Source: Escherichia coli
Lineage (GTDB): Bacteria > Pseudomonadota > Gammaproteobacteria > Enterobacterales > Enterobacteriaceae
Length of the DNA: 64,000 bases
Reading direction: 5' to 3' (one strand)
Assembly: GCF_009931435.1 (NCBI RefSeq)
Contig: NZ_CP043414.1
The position numbers and the translations under genes are program-made. This document shows, piece after piece, positions 31,345 to 43,238 of this stretch. The notes under the pieces were generated by a model, which did no database searches, was not told the DNA's origin, and saw only the letters and a program-made list of their open reading frames with translations. Within the stretch, counting starts at the first letter, position 1; every line of letters begins with the position of its first letter.

Positions 31345-32332
31345 TGCACTACCACCGCGTGTTAGATCGAATGGTTACAGTTACGTATGGAAACCCAAAG
31401 GAAGCACAAGAACTATAGGGCTCGGAAGAGTGCGGGAAACCAGCGTAGCTAAAGTCTGGCAAAATTATGAGCTGGAAAAAGCAAAACTCCACAACATAAT
31501 GACAGTAGCTAAATTATGGCACATGTTTATGGACTCCCCTGCATTTACAGAACTGGCCCCCCGAACCCAAAAAGATTATCGGCAACATCAAAGGGCATTG
31601 TTGGCAGTATTCGGAAAAGTGCTTGCTGATAATGTAAAAATTGAACAGGTAAGAATTTTCATGGATAAGCGAGGACTTGAGAGCAAGACCCAAGCAAACC
31701 ATGAACTGGCAAGTCTGAGCCGTGTATACGGATGGGGATATGAGCGTGGGTATGTGAAAAATAATCCATGCAAAGGAGTCAGAAAATTCACACTTAAAGC
31801 CCGTACTGTTTACATCACCGATGAACAGTATGCTGCAATATATGCGGAAGCAATTCCACAGTTACGTATTGCAATGGAGATATCCTATCTTTGTGCGGCA
31901 AGGCTCGGTGATGTACTCGAGCTGAAATGGCAGGATATTATGGAGAAAGGGATTTACATTGAGCAAAACAAGACCGGCACTAAACAAATCAAGGAATGGT
32001 CTCCGCGATTACGTACGGCGATCCAGTTAGCCCGAAATGTATCTTCCGGCACATGCGAGTATGTGATCAACACAACCAAAGGCGGGAAGGTAATAGCCAA
32101 GACGCTGAACAACTGGTGGAATCAGGCTAAACGTGCAGCCGAGCAAAAAGCCGGCGTTCCGTTTGGGTGCAACTTCCATGACATAAAAGCCAAAGGGATT
32201 TCAGATTACGAAGGCAGCAGTCGCGACAAACAAATTTTCAGTGGACACAAAACAGAAAATCAGGTGTTGATTTACGATCGTAAAACCAAAATAACACCAA
32301 CACTGGATTTGCCGCTTGTGGTCAGTAAGTAG
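31313..32332 (+). CDS. int: Tyrosine site-specific integrase
   Basis: 339 aa; C-terminal catalytic region with R...HDIKAKG...GHKTENQVLIYDR (H-x-x-R and Tyr nucleophile context); adjacent to the att/tRNA fragment. Confidence 0.9.
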   Translation: MGRPRKNKKDNALPPRVRSNGYSYVWKPKGSTRTIGLGRVRETSVAKVWQNYELEKAKLHNIMTVAKLWHMFMDSPAFTELAPRTQKDYRQHQRALLAVFGKVLADNVKIEQVRIFMDKRGLESKTQANHELASLSRVYGWGYERGYVKNNPCKGVRKFTLKARTVYITDEQYAAIYAEAIPQLRIAMEISYLCAARLGDVLELKWQDIMEKGIYIEQNKTGTKQIKEWSPRLRTAIQLARNVSSGTCEYVINTTKGGKVIAKTLNNWWNQAKRAAEQKAGVPFGCNFHDIKAKGISDYEGSSRDKQIFSGHKTENQVLIYDRKTKITPTLDLPLVVSK

Positions 32333-32473
32333 GCAATACAGAAAATTTTCTGGCAAAAAGACTTGGTATATTAACTCTGAATAACTCCCTAATATATTGA
32401 TTTTTCTTGGTGTCAAGTCTGATTAACTTTTCGGCCATTTTCCGTATTATACTGATTTTTCTTTATTTTTCTT

Positions 32474-32533
32474 CGGTCTTGAAAACCGGCGACCCGAAAG
32501 GGTTCCAGAGTTCGAATCTCTGCGCTTCCGCCA
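32474..32533 (+). tRNA. serT: Partial tRNA-Ser(UGA): 3' 60 nt of serT (anticodon arm to CCA), prophage attachment-site core at the junction with host DNA
   Basis: CGGTCTTGAAAACCGGCGACCCGAAAGGGTTCCAGAGTTCGAATCTCTGCGCTTCCGCCA matches the recalled 3' portion of E. coli serT; the 5' ~28 nt are absent, replaced by phage DNA. Confidence 0.8.
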
Positions 32534-32541
32534 AATAAGAT

Positions 32542-32576
32542 AAGGGGTTAGCTAAATGCTAACCCCTTTTTCTTTT
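32542..32576 (+). terminator. Native serT rho-independent terminator
   Basis: AAGGGGTTAGC-taaat-GCTAACCCCTT followed by a T-rich run. Confidence 0.65.
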
Positions 32577-32739
32577 GCCTGTCGAAATTCTCAGGGCGTT
32601 ATATTTGCTTAATGACCTGATAATCCGCTGTTAAACCTGTTCCAGATCAAATGCGTAAAGATGGGTAAAACTTCTGGGTACCCTTGCGCATTATTATTAT
32701 GCTGCTTAATTAATTACATCTGTCATAGAGAGTGACTCA

Positions 32740-33399
32740 ATGGATCGTATTGTTAGTTCTTCACATGACCGTACATCGCTGCTTAGCACCCATAAGGTGC
32801 TGCGTAATACCTATTTTCTGCTGAGCCTGACGCTGGCCTTTTCGGCGATTACCGCAACTGCCAGTACGGTGCTGATGCTGCCATCTCCGGGTCTGATTCT
32901 GACGCTGGTGGGTATGTATGGTTTGATGTTCCTGACCTATAAAACGGCGAATAAGCCGACCGGAATTATCTCCGCATTCGCCTTTACCGGTTTTCTGGGT
33001 TATATCCTCGGACCAATTCTGAATACCTATCTGTCTGCCGGAATGGGTGACGTAATCGCTATGGCACTGGGTGGAACGGCGTTAGTGTTCTTCTGCTGCT
33101 CTGCGTATGTGCTGACCACCCGCAAAGATATGTCGTTCCTTGGCGGTATGCTGATGGCGGGTATTGTGGTGGTGCTGATTGGTATGGTTGCTAATATCTT
33201 CCTGCAGCTGCCTGCCCTGCATCTGGCGATCAGCGCGGTCTTCATTCTGATCTCCTCTGGCGCTATCTTGTTTGAAACCAGCAACATCATTCATGGCGGT
33301 GAAACGAACTATATTCGTGCCACGGTTAGCCTGTATGTTTCGCTGTACAACATCTTCGTCAGCCTGCTGAGCATTCTGGGCTTCGCCAGCCGCGATTAA
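32740..33399 (+). CDS. yccA: Inner-membrane FtsH modulator YccA (BAX inhibitor-1 family)
   Basis: 219 aa, 7-TM profile, matches recalled YccA; conserved K-12 neighbourhood. Confidence 0.95.
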   Translation: MDRIVSSSHDRTSLLSTHKVLRNTYFLLSLTLAFSAITATASTVLMLPSPGLILTLVGMYGLMFLTYKTANKPTGIISAFAFTGFLGYILGPILNTYLSAGMGDVIAMALGGTALVFFCCSAYVLTTRKDMSFLGGMLMAGIVVVLIGMVANIFLQLPALHLAISAVFILISSGAILFETSNIIHGGETNYIRATVSLYVSLYNIFVSLLSILGFASRD

Positions 33400-33489
33400 T
33401 CTCACCCGCTAACACTTTCATAGCCTCGCTTTATGCGGGGCTTTGTTTTTTGTTACACTGCCGCCAGTCTGATTAAGGTAGTAATAATT

Positions 33490-33819
33490 ATGCTGATCTT
33501 CGAAGGTAAAGAGATAGAAACGGATACCGAAGGCTATCTCAAAGAAAGCAGCCAGTGGAGTGAGCCGCTGGCAGTGGTGATTGCAGAGAACGAAGGGATT
33601 ACTCTGTCACCAGAACACTGGGAAGTGGTGCGTTTTGTGCGTGATTTCTATCTGGAATTCAATACTTCTCCGGCGATTCGTATGCTGGTAAAAGCGATGG
33701 CGAATAAATTTGGCGAAGAAAAAGGTAACAGCCGCTATTTATACCGACTGTTTCCGAAAGGTCCGGCTAAGCAAGCCACCAAAATTGCTGGCCTGCCAAA
33801 ACCGGTAAAATGTATTTAA
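33490..33819 (+). CDS. tusE: Sulfur relay protein TusE
   Basis: [30 protein letters not shown]...; 109 aa from the internal Met of the ORF. Confidence 0.9.
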   Translation: MLIFEGKEIETDTEGYLKESSQWSEPLAVVIAENEGITLSPEHWEVVRFVRDFYLEFNTSPAIRMLVKAMANKFGEEKGNSRYLYRLFPKGPAKQATKIAGLPKPVKCI

Positions 33820-34094
33820 TGGATACGAAAATCGGTTAATTCCCCCGAGGGATGATGCGGCTCGCTGAGCACCCGTTCTACACGCGCAGAACGCGGGCCG
33901 CCACTCTTTAACCACTGCATTAATTTTTCTACCTGCCCTTCTTCACCGCAGGCAACCACTTCCACGCTGCCATCGTCAAGATTTTTGGCGTACCCGGCTA
34001 ATCCCAGCTTTTTCGCTTCATACTGCGTGGTATAGCGAAATCCAACGCCCTGAACTCGCCCGTAAACCCAGGCAATTATGCAGACTTTCGACAT
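33816..34094 (-). CDS. yccX: Acylphosphatase
   Basis: [32 protein letters not shown]... (92 aa). Confidence 0.9.
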   Translation of the reverse strand: MSKVCIIAWVYGRVQGVGFRYTTQYEAKKLGLAGYAKNLDDGSVEVVACGEEGQVEKLMQWLKSGGPRSARVERVLSEPHHPSGELTDFRIH

Positions 34095-34188
34095 TGCTGC
34101 TCTCCTTATCCTTAATGGACGCGTTGCAAATCCATGGAAAACTCCGGACAATGACGCCCATTTCTTTGCATCGACAGAAAAGTAAATT

Positions 34189-35379
34189 ATGAGTGTACGT
34201 TTAGTGTTAGCCAAAGGGCGCGAAAAATCATTACTTCGTCGCCATCCGTGGGTCTTTTCCGGGGCCGTTGCCCGCATGGAAGGTAAAGCCAACCTCGGTG
34301 AAACCATCGATATTGTTGATCATCAGGGAAAATGGTTAGCACGCGGCGCTTATTCGCCAGCTTCGCAAATCCGGGCGCGCGTCTGGACGTTTGACCCGAA
34401 TGAATCTATCGACATTGCTTTTTTTACCCGCCGTTTGCAACAAGCACAAAAATGGCGTGACTGGCTGGCGCAAAAAGATGGCCTCGACAGTTATCGTTTA
34501 ATCGCCGGTGAATCTGATGGCCTGCCGGGAATTACTATCGATCGTTTCGGTAATTTTCTGGTGCTGCAGCTGCTAAGCGCTGGCGCGGAATACCAGCGTG
34601 CGGCATTAATTAGTGCCCTGCAAACGCTCTACCCGGAATGTGCAATTTACGATCGCAGCGACGTTGCGGTACGTAAAAAAGAAGGGATGGAACTGACCCA
34701 GGGCCCCGTTACCGGAGAGCTACCGCCTGCCCTGCTGCCGATTGAAGAACACGGCATGAAGCTGCTGGTGGACATACAGCACGGGCACAAAACGGGCTAC
34801 TACCTGGACCAGCGTGACAGCCGCCTGGCTACCCGCCGCTACGTTGAAAATAAACGCGTACTTAACTGTTTCTCCTATACCGGTGGTTTCGCCGTATCGG
34901 CATTGATGGGCGGTTGTAGCCAGGTTGTCAGCGTTGATACCTCCCAGGAAGCGCTGGATATTGCACGGCAGAATGTTGAGCTGAACAAACTGGATCTGAG
35001 CAAGGCTGAGTTTGTCCGTGATGATGTCTTTAAATTGCTGCGTACTTATCGCGATCGCGGTGAAAAATTTGACGTTATCGTGATGGACCCACCGAAGTTT
35101 GTTGAGAATAAAAGCCAGTTGATGGGCGCGTGTCGTGGCTATAAAGACATCAACATGCTGGCGATTCAGTTGCTGAATGAAGGCGGAGTTCTCCTGACTT
35201 TCTCCTGTTCCGGTCTGATGACCAGCGATTTATTTCAGAAAATCATCGCGGATGCCGCAATTGATGCCGGTCGTGATGTACAATTTATAGAGCAGTTCCG
35301 TCAGGCAGCCGATCATCCGGTGATCGCTACCTACCCGGAAGGGCTATATCTGAAAGGGTTTGCCTGTCGCGTCATGTAA
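34189..35379 (+). CDS. rlmI: 23S rRNA m5C1962 methyltransferase RlmI
   Basis: 396-aa ORF with PUA plus SAM-MTase architecture, matching RlmI/YccW. Confidence 0.95.
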   Translation: MSVRLVLAKGREKSLLRRHPWVFSGAVARMEGKANLGETIDIVDHQGKWLARGAYSPASQIRARVWTFDPNESIDIAFFTRRLQQAQKWRDWLAQKDGLDSYRLIAGESDGLPGITIDRFGNFLVLQLLSAGAEYQRAALISALQTLYPECAIYDRSDVAVRKKEGMELTQGPVTGELPPALLPIEEHGMKLLVDIQHGHKTGYYLDQRDSRLATRRYVENKRVLNCFSYTGGFAVSALMGGCSQVVSVDTSQEALDIARQNVELNKLDLSKAEFVRDDVFKLLRTYRDRGEKFDVIVMDPPKFVENKSQLMGACRGYKDINMLAIQLLNEGGVLLTFSCSGLMTSDLFQKIIADAAIDAGRDVQFIEQFRQAADHPVIATYPEGLYLKGFACRVM

Positions 35380-35754
<375 letters not shown>

Positions 35755-35798
35755 TCCCTGAACAAATCCCCGGAAGGTTTTGGCCTTCCGGGGATTTT

Positions 35799-36212
35799 TT
35801 ATTTGGCCAGGCCCAGGCGAGGGATCTCAATAGCCGGGCAGCGATCCATCACCACATTTAACCCGGCATCCCGTGCCAGTACTGCCGCTTGCTCATTAAT
35901 CACCCCCAGTTGCATCCAGAGGGTTTTCGCGCCAATGGCGATCGCTTCCTGCGCCACGCCCCACGCCGCTTCTGAATTACGGAAAACATCGACCATATCG
36001 ACTTTTTCCGGAACTTCTGCCAGCGTGCCATACCCCTGCTGGCCCAGCAGCGTTTTGCCGGCAACTTTTGGTGAAACCGGAATGACGTGATACCCCTGGT
36101 CGAGTAGATATTTCATCACGCGATAGCTGGGACGATCGGGTTTGTCGCTTGCCCCCACCAGCGCAATGGTATGAGTGGACGTTAAAATGCCTGCAATATC
36201 GGTTTCTTTCAT
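35799..36212 (-). CDS. yccU: CoA-binding protein YccU
   Basis: [32 protein letters not shown]...; 137 aa. Confidence 0.9.
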   Translation of the reverse strand: MKETDIAGILTSTHTIALVGASDKPDRPSYRVMKYLLDQGYHVIPVSPKVAGKTLLGQQGYGTLAEVPEKVDMVDVFRNSEAAWGVAQEAIAIGAKTLWMQLGVINEQAAVLARDAGLNVVMDRCPAIEIPRLGLAK

Positions 36213-36384
36213 TATTTCCTCCAGACTGTTTAACAAAGTGTACGACAAAGCCGACATGCCAACCATGCAGCTAATACGAATGAATGAGAGCAAAAGCGGG
36301 AATTATGTCTATATGTTAGTAAGTATGATTAAAGAAAAATTTTGACACATTATTATTCGGGCGGTCTTTTGACAGGAGCTACCT

Positions 36385-37047
36385 ATGAAAACCGGCATCG
36401 TGACCACCTTGATTGCATTATGTTTGCCGGTATCCGTTTTTGCCACCACGCTGCGGCTTTCAACCGATGTCGATCTTCTGGTACTCGACGGCAAGAAGGT
36501 TTCCAGCTCTCTGCTGCGCGGTGCGGACAGCATTGAACTGGATAATGGACCACATCAGTTAGTGTTTCGCGTTGAGAAGACGATTCATCTTTCCAATAGT
36601 GAAGAACGGCTGTATATCTCCCCACCACTAGTGGTCAGTTTTAATACCCAGCTCATCAACCAGGTCAATTTTCGCCTGCCTCGCCTGGAGAATGAGCGGG
36701 AAGCTAACCATTTTGATGCCGCGCCGCGCCTTGAATTGTTGGATGGCGATGCGACGCCGATTCCGGTAAAGCTGGATATTCTCGCCATTACCTCAACGGC
36801 AAAAACGATTGATTATGAGGTCGAGGTTGAACGCTATAACAAATCCGCGAAACGCGCTTCACTACCGCAATTTGCCACGATGATGGCAGATGACAGTACG
36901 CTGCTTTCGGGTGTTTCCGAGCTGGATGCTATTCCACCGCAGTCTCAGGTGCTCACAGAACAACGGCTGAAGTATTGGTTTAAACTGGCTGACCCACAAA
37001 CGCGAAATACTTTTCTGCAATGGGCGGAAAAACAACCATCTTCCTGA
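36385..37047 (+). CDS. yccT: Periplasmic protein YccT (signal peptide present)
   Basis: 220 aa, N-terminal signal sequence; conserved position. Confidence 0.9.
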
Positions 37048-37142
37048 GATTTTTGTGCCTGTGCGCAGGCTTTTTCGGTCTTTCTCTTGCAGCGATAAGT
37101 GCTTACAGTAATCTGTAGGAAAGTTAACTACGGATGTACATT

Positions 37143-37601
37143 ATGGAACTGACGACACGTACTTTACCTGCGCGGAAACATATTGCGCTGGTGGCACACG
37201 ATCACTGCAAACAAATGCTGATGAGCTGGGTGGAACGGCATCAACCGTTACTGGAACAACACGTACTGTATGCAACAGGCACTACCGGTAACTTAATTTC
37301 CCGCGCGACCGGCATGAACGTCAACGCGATGTTGAGTGGCCCAATGGGGGGGGACCAGCAGGTTGGCGCATTGATCTCAGAAGGTAAAATTGATGTATTG
37401 ATTTTCTTCTGGGACCCACTAAATGCCGTGCCGCACGATCCTGACGTGAAAGCCTTGCTGCGTCTGGCGACGGTATGGAACATTCCGGTTGCCACCAACG
37501 TGGCAACGGCAGACTTCATTATCCAGTCACCGCATTTCAACGACGCGGTCGATATTCTGATCCCCGATTATCAGCGTTATCTCGCGGACCGTCTGAAGTA
37601 A
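37143..37601 (+). CDS. mgsA: Methylglyoxal synthase
   Basis: [24 protein letters not shown]...; 152 aa. Confidence 0.95.
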
Positions 37602-37632
37602 TATTACACAGGTGGCAAACGCCACCTGTTTC

Positions 37633-39687
37633 CTACGGTTTTCTCGCCACCGGCACATCCAGATTTTTCAGTATTTCGACAAAGGGAGAGGGATTCTCTT
37701 TGTTAAACAATGCCCATACCCGATGGCGTGCCCGGGTCAGCGCCACGTACATTAACCGCCGTTCTTCAGCGTCCGGAAAATCCTCAACCGGGGGTAGTAG
37801 CGCCTCTTCCATAATCGACTCCCGCGCCGCAGCCGGAAAACCATCACTCCCCTCCTGCAAGCCAACGATGATGACGTAATCCGCCTGTTGCCCTTTGCTG
37901 GCATGAATGGTCATAAAATCGATTTGCAACTTCGGCCAGCGTGTTGCCGCTTTTTCCAGGCTGGCAGGCCTCATGTGATGGTAACGCGCCAGGATCAGAA
38001 TGCGCTCTTCCGGTTTGGCATAACCAGAGAGCTTATCCAGCAAAGCATCAAGTTGACTCTCATCCAATAACGTGACGGCTTTTTTGTCTCCATTGGTTAA
38101 GCTGTTTAGCGGCTTTTTCAGCTGGCCAGGGTTCTGCTGAATAAAACGGTTTGCCACCTCACCGATACGACTGTTAAAACGGTAAGTCGTGTCTAAATCA
38201 CAGCGATCGCCTTCACCAAAGTTTTCATGGAAAGCGGTGGTGAGCGACATTTGCGCACCGCTGAAACGGTAAATCGCCTGCCAGTCATCGCCAACGGCGA
38301 ACAACGTCGTTTGACTGTTTTGCTTGCGTAATGCCGCTAACAACGCTGCACGCTGCGGCGAGATATCCTGAAATTCATCAACCAGAATATGCTTCCACGG
38401 GCTGATAAAGCGACCTTTCTCCAGAATCACAATCGCCTGGTGAATAAGGCCGGAAAAATCGACAGCGTTTTCTGCCTTCAGCGCACCTTTCCAGGCTTTT
38501 AATAACGGGGCCATCAACTTGATACGTTTACTGAACAAGTCGCGAATCTCTTCAGGTGCATTGGCAATCATTTCTGCCTGTGCACCGCCGTGCATTCGCA
38601 TCAGACTTACCCAGCGATCGAGGCGAGAAGCAAGACGATGCTGTAATTTCTCATCATCCCAGAAGTTACCTTCTGGCACTGACCACTGCATTTCTTCCGT
38701 CAGCCATTGCCGCCAGCCCTTCGCCTGCGCTTTCTTTTCGCTGCATTGCTTACGCCACTCAGCAATAAAGAGTTCATGACGGGCAGCGGTATCATTTTCT
38801 AGTTTGCTGACTGTCGGAACTTTTTTGCTGCCCTGCTGAATAATATGCAGCGCCAGCGCATGAAATGTGCGTGCGGTAATGTCTTCGGTATGTAGTCGTT
38901 CTCGGATACGCTCGTCCATCTCTTCAGCTGCTTTGCGACCAAACGCCAGCAATAAAATTTGCTCAGGGGACGCTTCACCACGCGCCAGCAACCAGCCTGC
39001 ACGGGCCACCAGCACCGACGTTTTTCCGCTTCCTGCACCGGCCAGCACTAACAGAGAATGCTCGCCGTTAACGACTGCCCGGGCCTGCGCCGGATTCAGC
39101 GGTGAAGACTCAACCTGACGGAAAAAATCCACATACTCGGTAAGCATAGCTTCGGTATACGCCTGATTATGCTGCAACCGAGCGCCTTCAATATCTTTTA
39201 ACCAGGCCTGACATTTACGCCACGCCTCACGGCAGTTATCGAATTCTTCCAGTCGGTTGACCGGCAACGGCAACGCCAACAAAGCCTGGCGGATTTGTTG
39301 CTGCACGCCAGAAGTTTGCTCACGCGTCAGCCATTTATTTTCTCCGGTGCGCGTGGCAATCAAATCCAGTTGCTGGCGTAAAACACCAGCCGCAATTTCG
39401 CTCATCTCAGCACTCCACCGCCGCCAGTGAGCATCAAGATGATGGTAAAAACGCTGCGTCTCGCCCCATTCGGTGCCGTGCAGACGCACCACTTTTTCGT
39501 CCGGCAGTACAAATTCCAGCTCGCCCCATACCAGACCGCGCTTACAGTGAATTGCCAGTAATTGATTGAAAGGAATAAGGTATTCGTGGCGATCGCCGGA
39601 GACTTTAATCCCGGCATTGAGGATCACCGCCCGATCGTAAGGGTGCTGTGCCAGACGTTTTCCAAGCGTTGTCGCTTTCAGTTCCAT
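37633..39687 (-). CDS. helD: DNA helicase IV
   Basis: UvrD-like motifs (GxGKT Walker A etc.); 684 aa from MELKATTLGKRL.... Confidence 0.95.
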   Translation of the reverse strand: MELKATTLGKRLAQHPYDRAVILNAGIKVSGDRHEYLIPFNQLLAIHCKRGLVWGELEFVLPDEKVVRLHGTEWGETQRFYHHLDAHWRRWSAEMSEIAAGVLRQQLDLIATRTGENKWLTREQTSGVQQQIRQALLALPLPVNRLEEFDNCREAWRKCQAWLKDIEGARLQHNQAYTEAMLTEYVDFFRQVESSPLNPAQARAVVNGEHSLLVLAGAGSGKTSVLVARAGWLLARGEASPEQILLLAFGRKAAEEMDERIRERLHTEDITARTFHALALHIIQQGSKKVPTVSKLENDTAARHELFIAEWRKQCSEKKAQAKGWRQWLTEEMQWSVPEGNFWDDEKLQHRLASRLDRWVSLMRMHGGAQAEMIANAPEEIRDLFSKRIKLMAPLLKAWKGALKAENAVDFSGLIHQAIVILEKGRFISPWKHILVDEFQDISPQRAALLAALRKQNSQTTLFAVGDDWQAIYRFSGAQMSLTTAFHENFGEGDRCDLDTTYRFNSRIGEVANRFIQQNPGQLKKPLNSLTNGDKKAVTLLDESQLDALLDKLSGYAKPEERILILARYHHMRPASLEKAATRWPKLQIDFMTIHASKGQQADYVIIVGLQEGSDGFPAAARESIMEEALLPPVEDFPDAEERRLMYVALTRARHRVWALFNKENPSPFVEILKNLDVPVARKP

Positions 39688-39809
39688 GACTCTGTAGATC
39701 CACACGAAATGATTTCTTATCAGTGTAACCGTCAGAGAAAACGTGCTCCAGCCCAAAAAAACGTTACAATTGCCGCCCATTACTGAAAACCACAGTAAAG
39801 CGAGGTTTT

Positions 39810-40256
39810 ATGCGTACCGTTTTGAACATTCTGAACTTTGTGCTTGGCGGATTTGCCACCACTCTGGGCTGGCTGTTGGCGACTCTGGTCAGTATTGTGC
39901 TAATTTTTACCTTACCGCTGACACGATCCTGCTGGGAGATCACTAAACTGTCTCTGGTGCCTTATGGCAATGAAGCTATTCATGTCGATGAACTGAACCC
40001 GGCTGGCAAAAATGTGCTGCTGAATACTGGCGGTACGGTATTGAATATTTTCTGGCTGATTTTCTTTGGCTGGTGGTTATGCCTGATGCACATTGCAACG
40101 GGCATCGCACAATGTATTTCCATCATTGGCATTCCTGTCGGCATTGCGAACTTTAAAATTGCCGCTATTGCACTATGGCCGGTCGGTCGTCGCGTGGTAT
40201 CGGTAGAAACAGCGCAAGCTGCGCGTGAAGCCAATGCACGTCGTCGTTTTGAATAA
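39810..40256 (+). CDS. yccF: Inner membrane protein YccF
   Basis: 148 aa, hydrophobic; conserved position. Confidence 0.9.
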   Translation: MRTVLNILNFVLGGFATTLGWLLATLVSIVLIFTLPLTRSCWEITKLSLVPYGNEAIHVDELNPAGKNVLLNTGGTVLNIFWLIFFGWWLCLMHIATGIAQCISIIGIPVGIANFKIAAIALWPVGRRVVSVETAQAAREANARRRFE

Positions 40257-40265
40257 TCCACTAAT

Positions 40266-42428
40266 ATGGCCTTTATGCTAAGTCCTTTGCTCAAACGCTA
40301 TACCTGGAACAGCGCCTGGCTGTATTACGCGCGTATTTTTATTGCGCTTTGTGGAACCACAGCGTTTCCGTGGTGGCTGGGTGATGTAAAACTGACGATT
40401 CCGCTGACGCTGGGGATGGTGGCAGCGGCGCTGACCGATCTCGATGACCGGCTGGCGGGACGTTTGCGTAACCTCATCATTACGCTGTTCTGCTTTTTTA
40501 TCGCCTCGGCCTCAGTAGAATTGCTGTTTCCCTGGCCCTGGCTATTTGCAATTGGTTTAACGCTCTCTACCAGCGGCTTCATTTTGCTCGGCGGTCTGGG
40601 TCAACGCTATGCAACAATTGCCTTCGGTGCGTTACTGATCGCCATTTACACTATGTTGGGGACGTCACTGTATGAGCACTGGTATCAGCAGCCGATGTAT
40701 CTGCTGGCCGGTGCCGTCTGGTACAACGTCCTGACACTTATTGGTCATCTGCTGTTCCCGGTCCGCCCGTTACAGGACAACCTGGCGCGTTGCTATGAAC
40801 AACTGGCGCGTTATCTTGAGCTCAAGTCGCGCATGTTTGATCCTGATATTGAAGATGAAAGCCAGGCACCGCTGTACGATTTGGCTCTCGCCAACGGTCA
40901 GCTGATGGCGACATTGAATCAGACGAAACTCTCGCTGCTGACCCGCTTACGTGGCGATCGTGGTCAACGGGGAACGCGTCGCACGCTGCATTATTACTTT
41001 GTCGCGCAGGATATTCACGAGCGTGCCAGTTCTTCTCATATTCAGTATCAAACATTGCGTGAACATTTTCGCCACAGCGACGTGCTGTTCCGTTTTCAGC
41101 GACTGATGTCGATGCAGGGCCAGGCGTGCCAGCAACTGTCACGTTGTATTTTGCTGCGTCAGCCTTATCAACATGATCCGCATTTTGAGCGCGCTTTTAC
41201 GCATATTGATGCTGCGCTGGAGCGGATGCGCGATAACGGCGCGCCTGCCGATTTACTCAAAACACTGGGATTTTTGCTGAACAATTTACGCGCTATTGAT
41301 GCCCAACTGGCAACAATTGAATCAGAACAGGCCCAGGCACTGCCCCATAATAATGACGAAAATGAGCTCGCTGATGACAGCCCGCACGGATTGAGTGATA
41401 TCTGGCTGCGTCTTAGCCGTCACTTCACACCGGAATCCGCCCTCTTCCGTCATGCGGTAAGAATGTCGCTGGTGTTGTGCTTCGGCTACGCCATCATTCA
41501 GATAACCGGAATGCATCACGGGTATTGGATATTGCTGACAAGTTTGTTTGTCTGCCAGCCAAACTATAACGCCACGCGCCACCGCCTGAAGTTAAGGATT
41601 ATTGGTACGCTGGTAGGTATCGCCATTGGCATTCCTGTGCTGTGGTTTGTGCCGTCACTGGAAGGGCAGCTGGTGCTGCTGGTTATTACCGGCGTGCTCT
41701 TTTTTGCCTTCCGTAACGTGCAATATGCCCATGCAACGATGTTCATCACACTTTTGGTGCTACTTTGTTTTAACTTGCTGGGTGAAGGTTTTGAAGTGGC
41801 GTTACCTCGCGTAATCGATACGCTGATTGGTTGTGCCATTGCGTGGGCGGCGGTGAGCTACATCTGGCCTGACTGGAAGTTTCGCAATCTGCCGCGCATG
41901 CTCGAACGTGCCACCGAGGCCAACTGTCGCTATCTCGATGCCATACTGGAGCAATACCATCAGGGGCGTGATAACCGTCTGGCGTATCGTATTGCCCGCC
42001 GCGATGCACACAACCGTGATGCTGAACTGGCGTCGGTGGTATCAAATATGTCCAGCGAGCCGAACGTTACCCCGCAAATTCGCGAGGCCGCGTTTCGGTT
42101 GCTGTGCCTTAACCATACGTTTACCAGCTATATCTCAGCCCTCGGTGCTCACCGGGAGCAGTTAACTAATCCTGAAATTCTGGCGTTTCTTGATGACGCA
42201 GTTTGCTATGTTGATGACGCGCTACATCATCAACCTGCTGATGAAGAACGCGTCAATCAGGCATTAGCTGACCTGAAACAGCGGATGCAGCAACTTGAAC
42301 CACGGGCAGACAGCAAAGAACCTCTGGTCGTACAACAAGTCGGGTTATTGATTGCATTACTGCCAGAGATTGGTCGTCTGCAACGCCAGATTACTCAAGT
42401 TCCGCAGGAAACTCCTGTTTCGGCGTAA
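40266..42428 (+). CDS. yccS: Inner membrane protein YccS (FUSC-like)
   Basis: 720-aa polytopic membrane protein; conserved position; start +/- a few codons. Confidence 0.9.
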   Translation: MAFMLSPLLKRYTWNSAWLYYARIFIALCGTTAFPWWLGDVKLTIPLTLGMVAAALTDLDDRLAGRLRNLIITLFCFFIASASVELLFPWPWLFAIGLTLSTSGFILLGGLGQRYATIAFGALLIAIYTMLGTSLYEHWYQQPMYLLAGAVWYNVLTLIGHLLFPVRPLQDNLARCYEQLARYLELKSRMFDPDIEDESQAPLYDLALANGQLMATLNQTKLSLLTRLRGDRGQRGTRRTLHYYFVAQDIHERASSSHIQYQTLREHFRHSDVLFRFQRLMSMQGQACQQLSRCILLRQPYQHDPHFERAFTHIDAALERMRDNGAPADLLKTLGFLLNNLRAIDAQLATIESEQAQALPHNNDENELADDSPHGLSDIWLRLSRHFTPESALFRHAVRMSLVLCFGYAIIQITGMHHGYWILLTSLFVCQPNYNATRHRLKLRIIGTLVGIAIGIPVLWFVPSLEGQLVLLVITGVLFFAFRNVQYAHATMFITLLVLLCFNLLGEGFEVALPRVIDTLIGCAIAWAAVSYIWPDWKFRNLPRMLERATEANCRYLDAILEQYHQGRDNRLAYRIARRDAHNRDAELASVVSNMSSEPNVTPQIREAAFRLLCLNHTFTSYISALGAHREQLTNPEILAFLDDAVCYVDDALHHQPADEERVNQALADLKQRMQQLEPRADSKEPLVVQQVGLLIALLPEIGRLQRQITQVPQETPVSA

Positions 42429-43020
42429 GAGAGTCAGCCCATTCTGCAAGCTCCTGGCGGCGTGCCACCGGGAGCGCAGCTTCATGAATGCCGATAATGG
42501 CCCCTTCAAGCATAAACAGAATCTTTTCTGTCACCAGACTGTTTTGCTGCCGCAGTCGCAACCAACACATTTTTGCCCCAAGTATACGTAACGCCCGTAC
42601 ATCCTTAATCCCCACCTCCCCGAGTATCGCTTCCAGATGAAAAGACATATTGGGCAAATCTTTCAGTCTTTCCCGGGTATTGCGCGTGCTTTTCTCTTTC
42701 AGCGCTGCATCGAGAGAATATTTCGACAGACGCACCAGCTTCAGTTGATTTCGCCATAGACTTTCATCAACCCGATAGTAATTGAGGGTAACGGATCGGC
42801 CACACTTTTTATATGTCAGCCAGACAGGCGGATGTTTTACACAGTACTGTGCACTTTGCTCACAAGCCCGAAGATACAACTCACCATCAGAAACCATCGC
42901 AAACACCGTGTCGTCAACGGTCAGGCTGTAACTACCAAACAATGATCGGTATTCAATTGTGCCCAACGTTGCCAGGTATTCTTGTGATTTATAGATCCGC
43001 TTATAGGAGAGGCTTTTCAT
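42391..43020 (-). CDS. sxy: Competence regulator Sxy/TfoX
   Basis: 209 aa; divergent from sulA as in K-12. Confidence 0.9.
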   Translation of the reverse strand: MKSLSYKRIYKSQEYLATLGTIEYRSLFGSYSLTVDDTVFAMVSDGELYLRACEQSAQYCVKHPPVWLTYKKCGRSVTLNYYRVDESLWRNQLKLVRLSKYSLDAALKEKSTRNTRERLKDLPNMSFHLEAILGEVGIKDVRALRILGAKMCWLRLRQQNSLVTEKILFMLEGAIIGIHEAALPVARRQELAEWADSLTPKQEFPAELE

Positions 43021-43196
43021 AAAATTCCTTTTAAAATCATAACATAAAAGAATTATTCACATTAACGGATCCGTTAACTACGAAAATAGGCAACTTATTC
43101 TTAAGGGGCAAGATTAATTTATGTTTTCCCGTCACTAACGACAAAATTTGCGAGGCTCTTTCCGAAAATAGGGTTGATCTTTGTCGTCACTGGATG

Positions 43197-43216
43197 TACT
43201 GTACATCCATACAGTA
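43197..43216 (+). promoter_or_regulatory. LexA box (SOS operator) of sulA
   Basis: TACTGTACATCCATACAGTA fits CTGT-N8-ACAG, ~22 bp upstream of the sulA ATG. Confidence 0.85.
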
Positions 43217-43238
43217 ACTCACAGGGGCTGGATTGATT

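Noticed and set aside
32474-32533. Calling a complete serT tRNA gene here
   Set aside because: Only the 3' 60 nt match; the acceptor-stem 5' strand and D-arm are absent, so it is annotated as a partial att-site copy.
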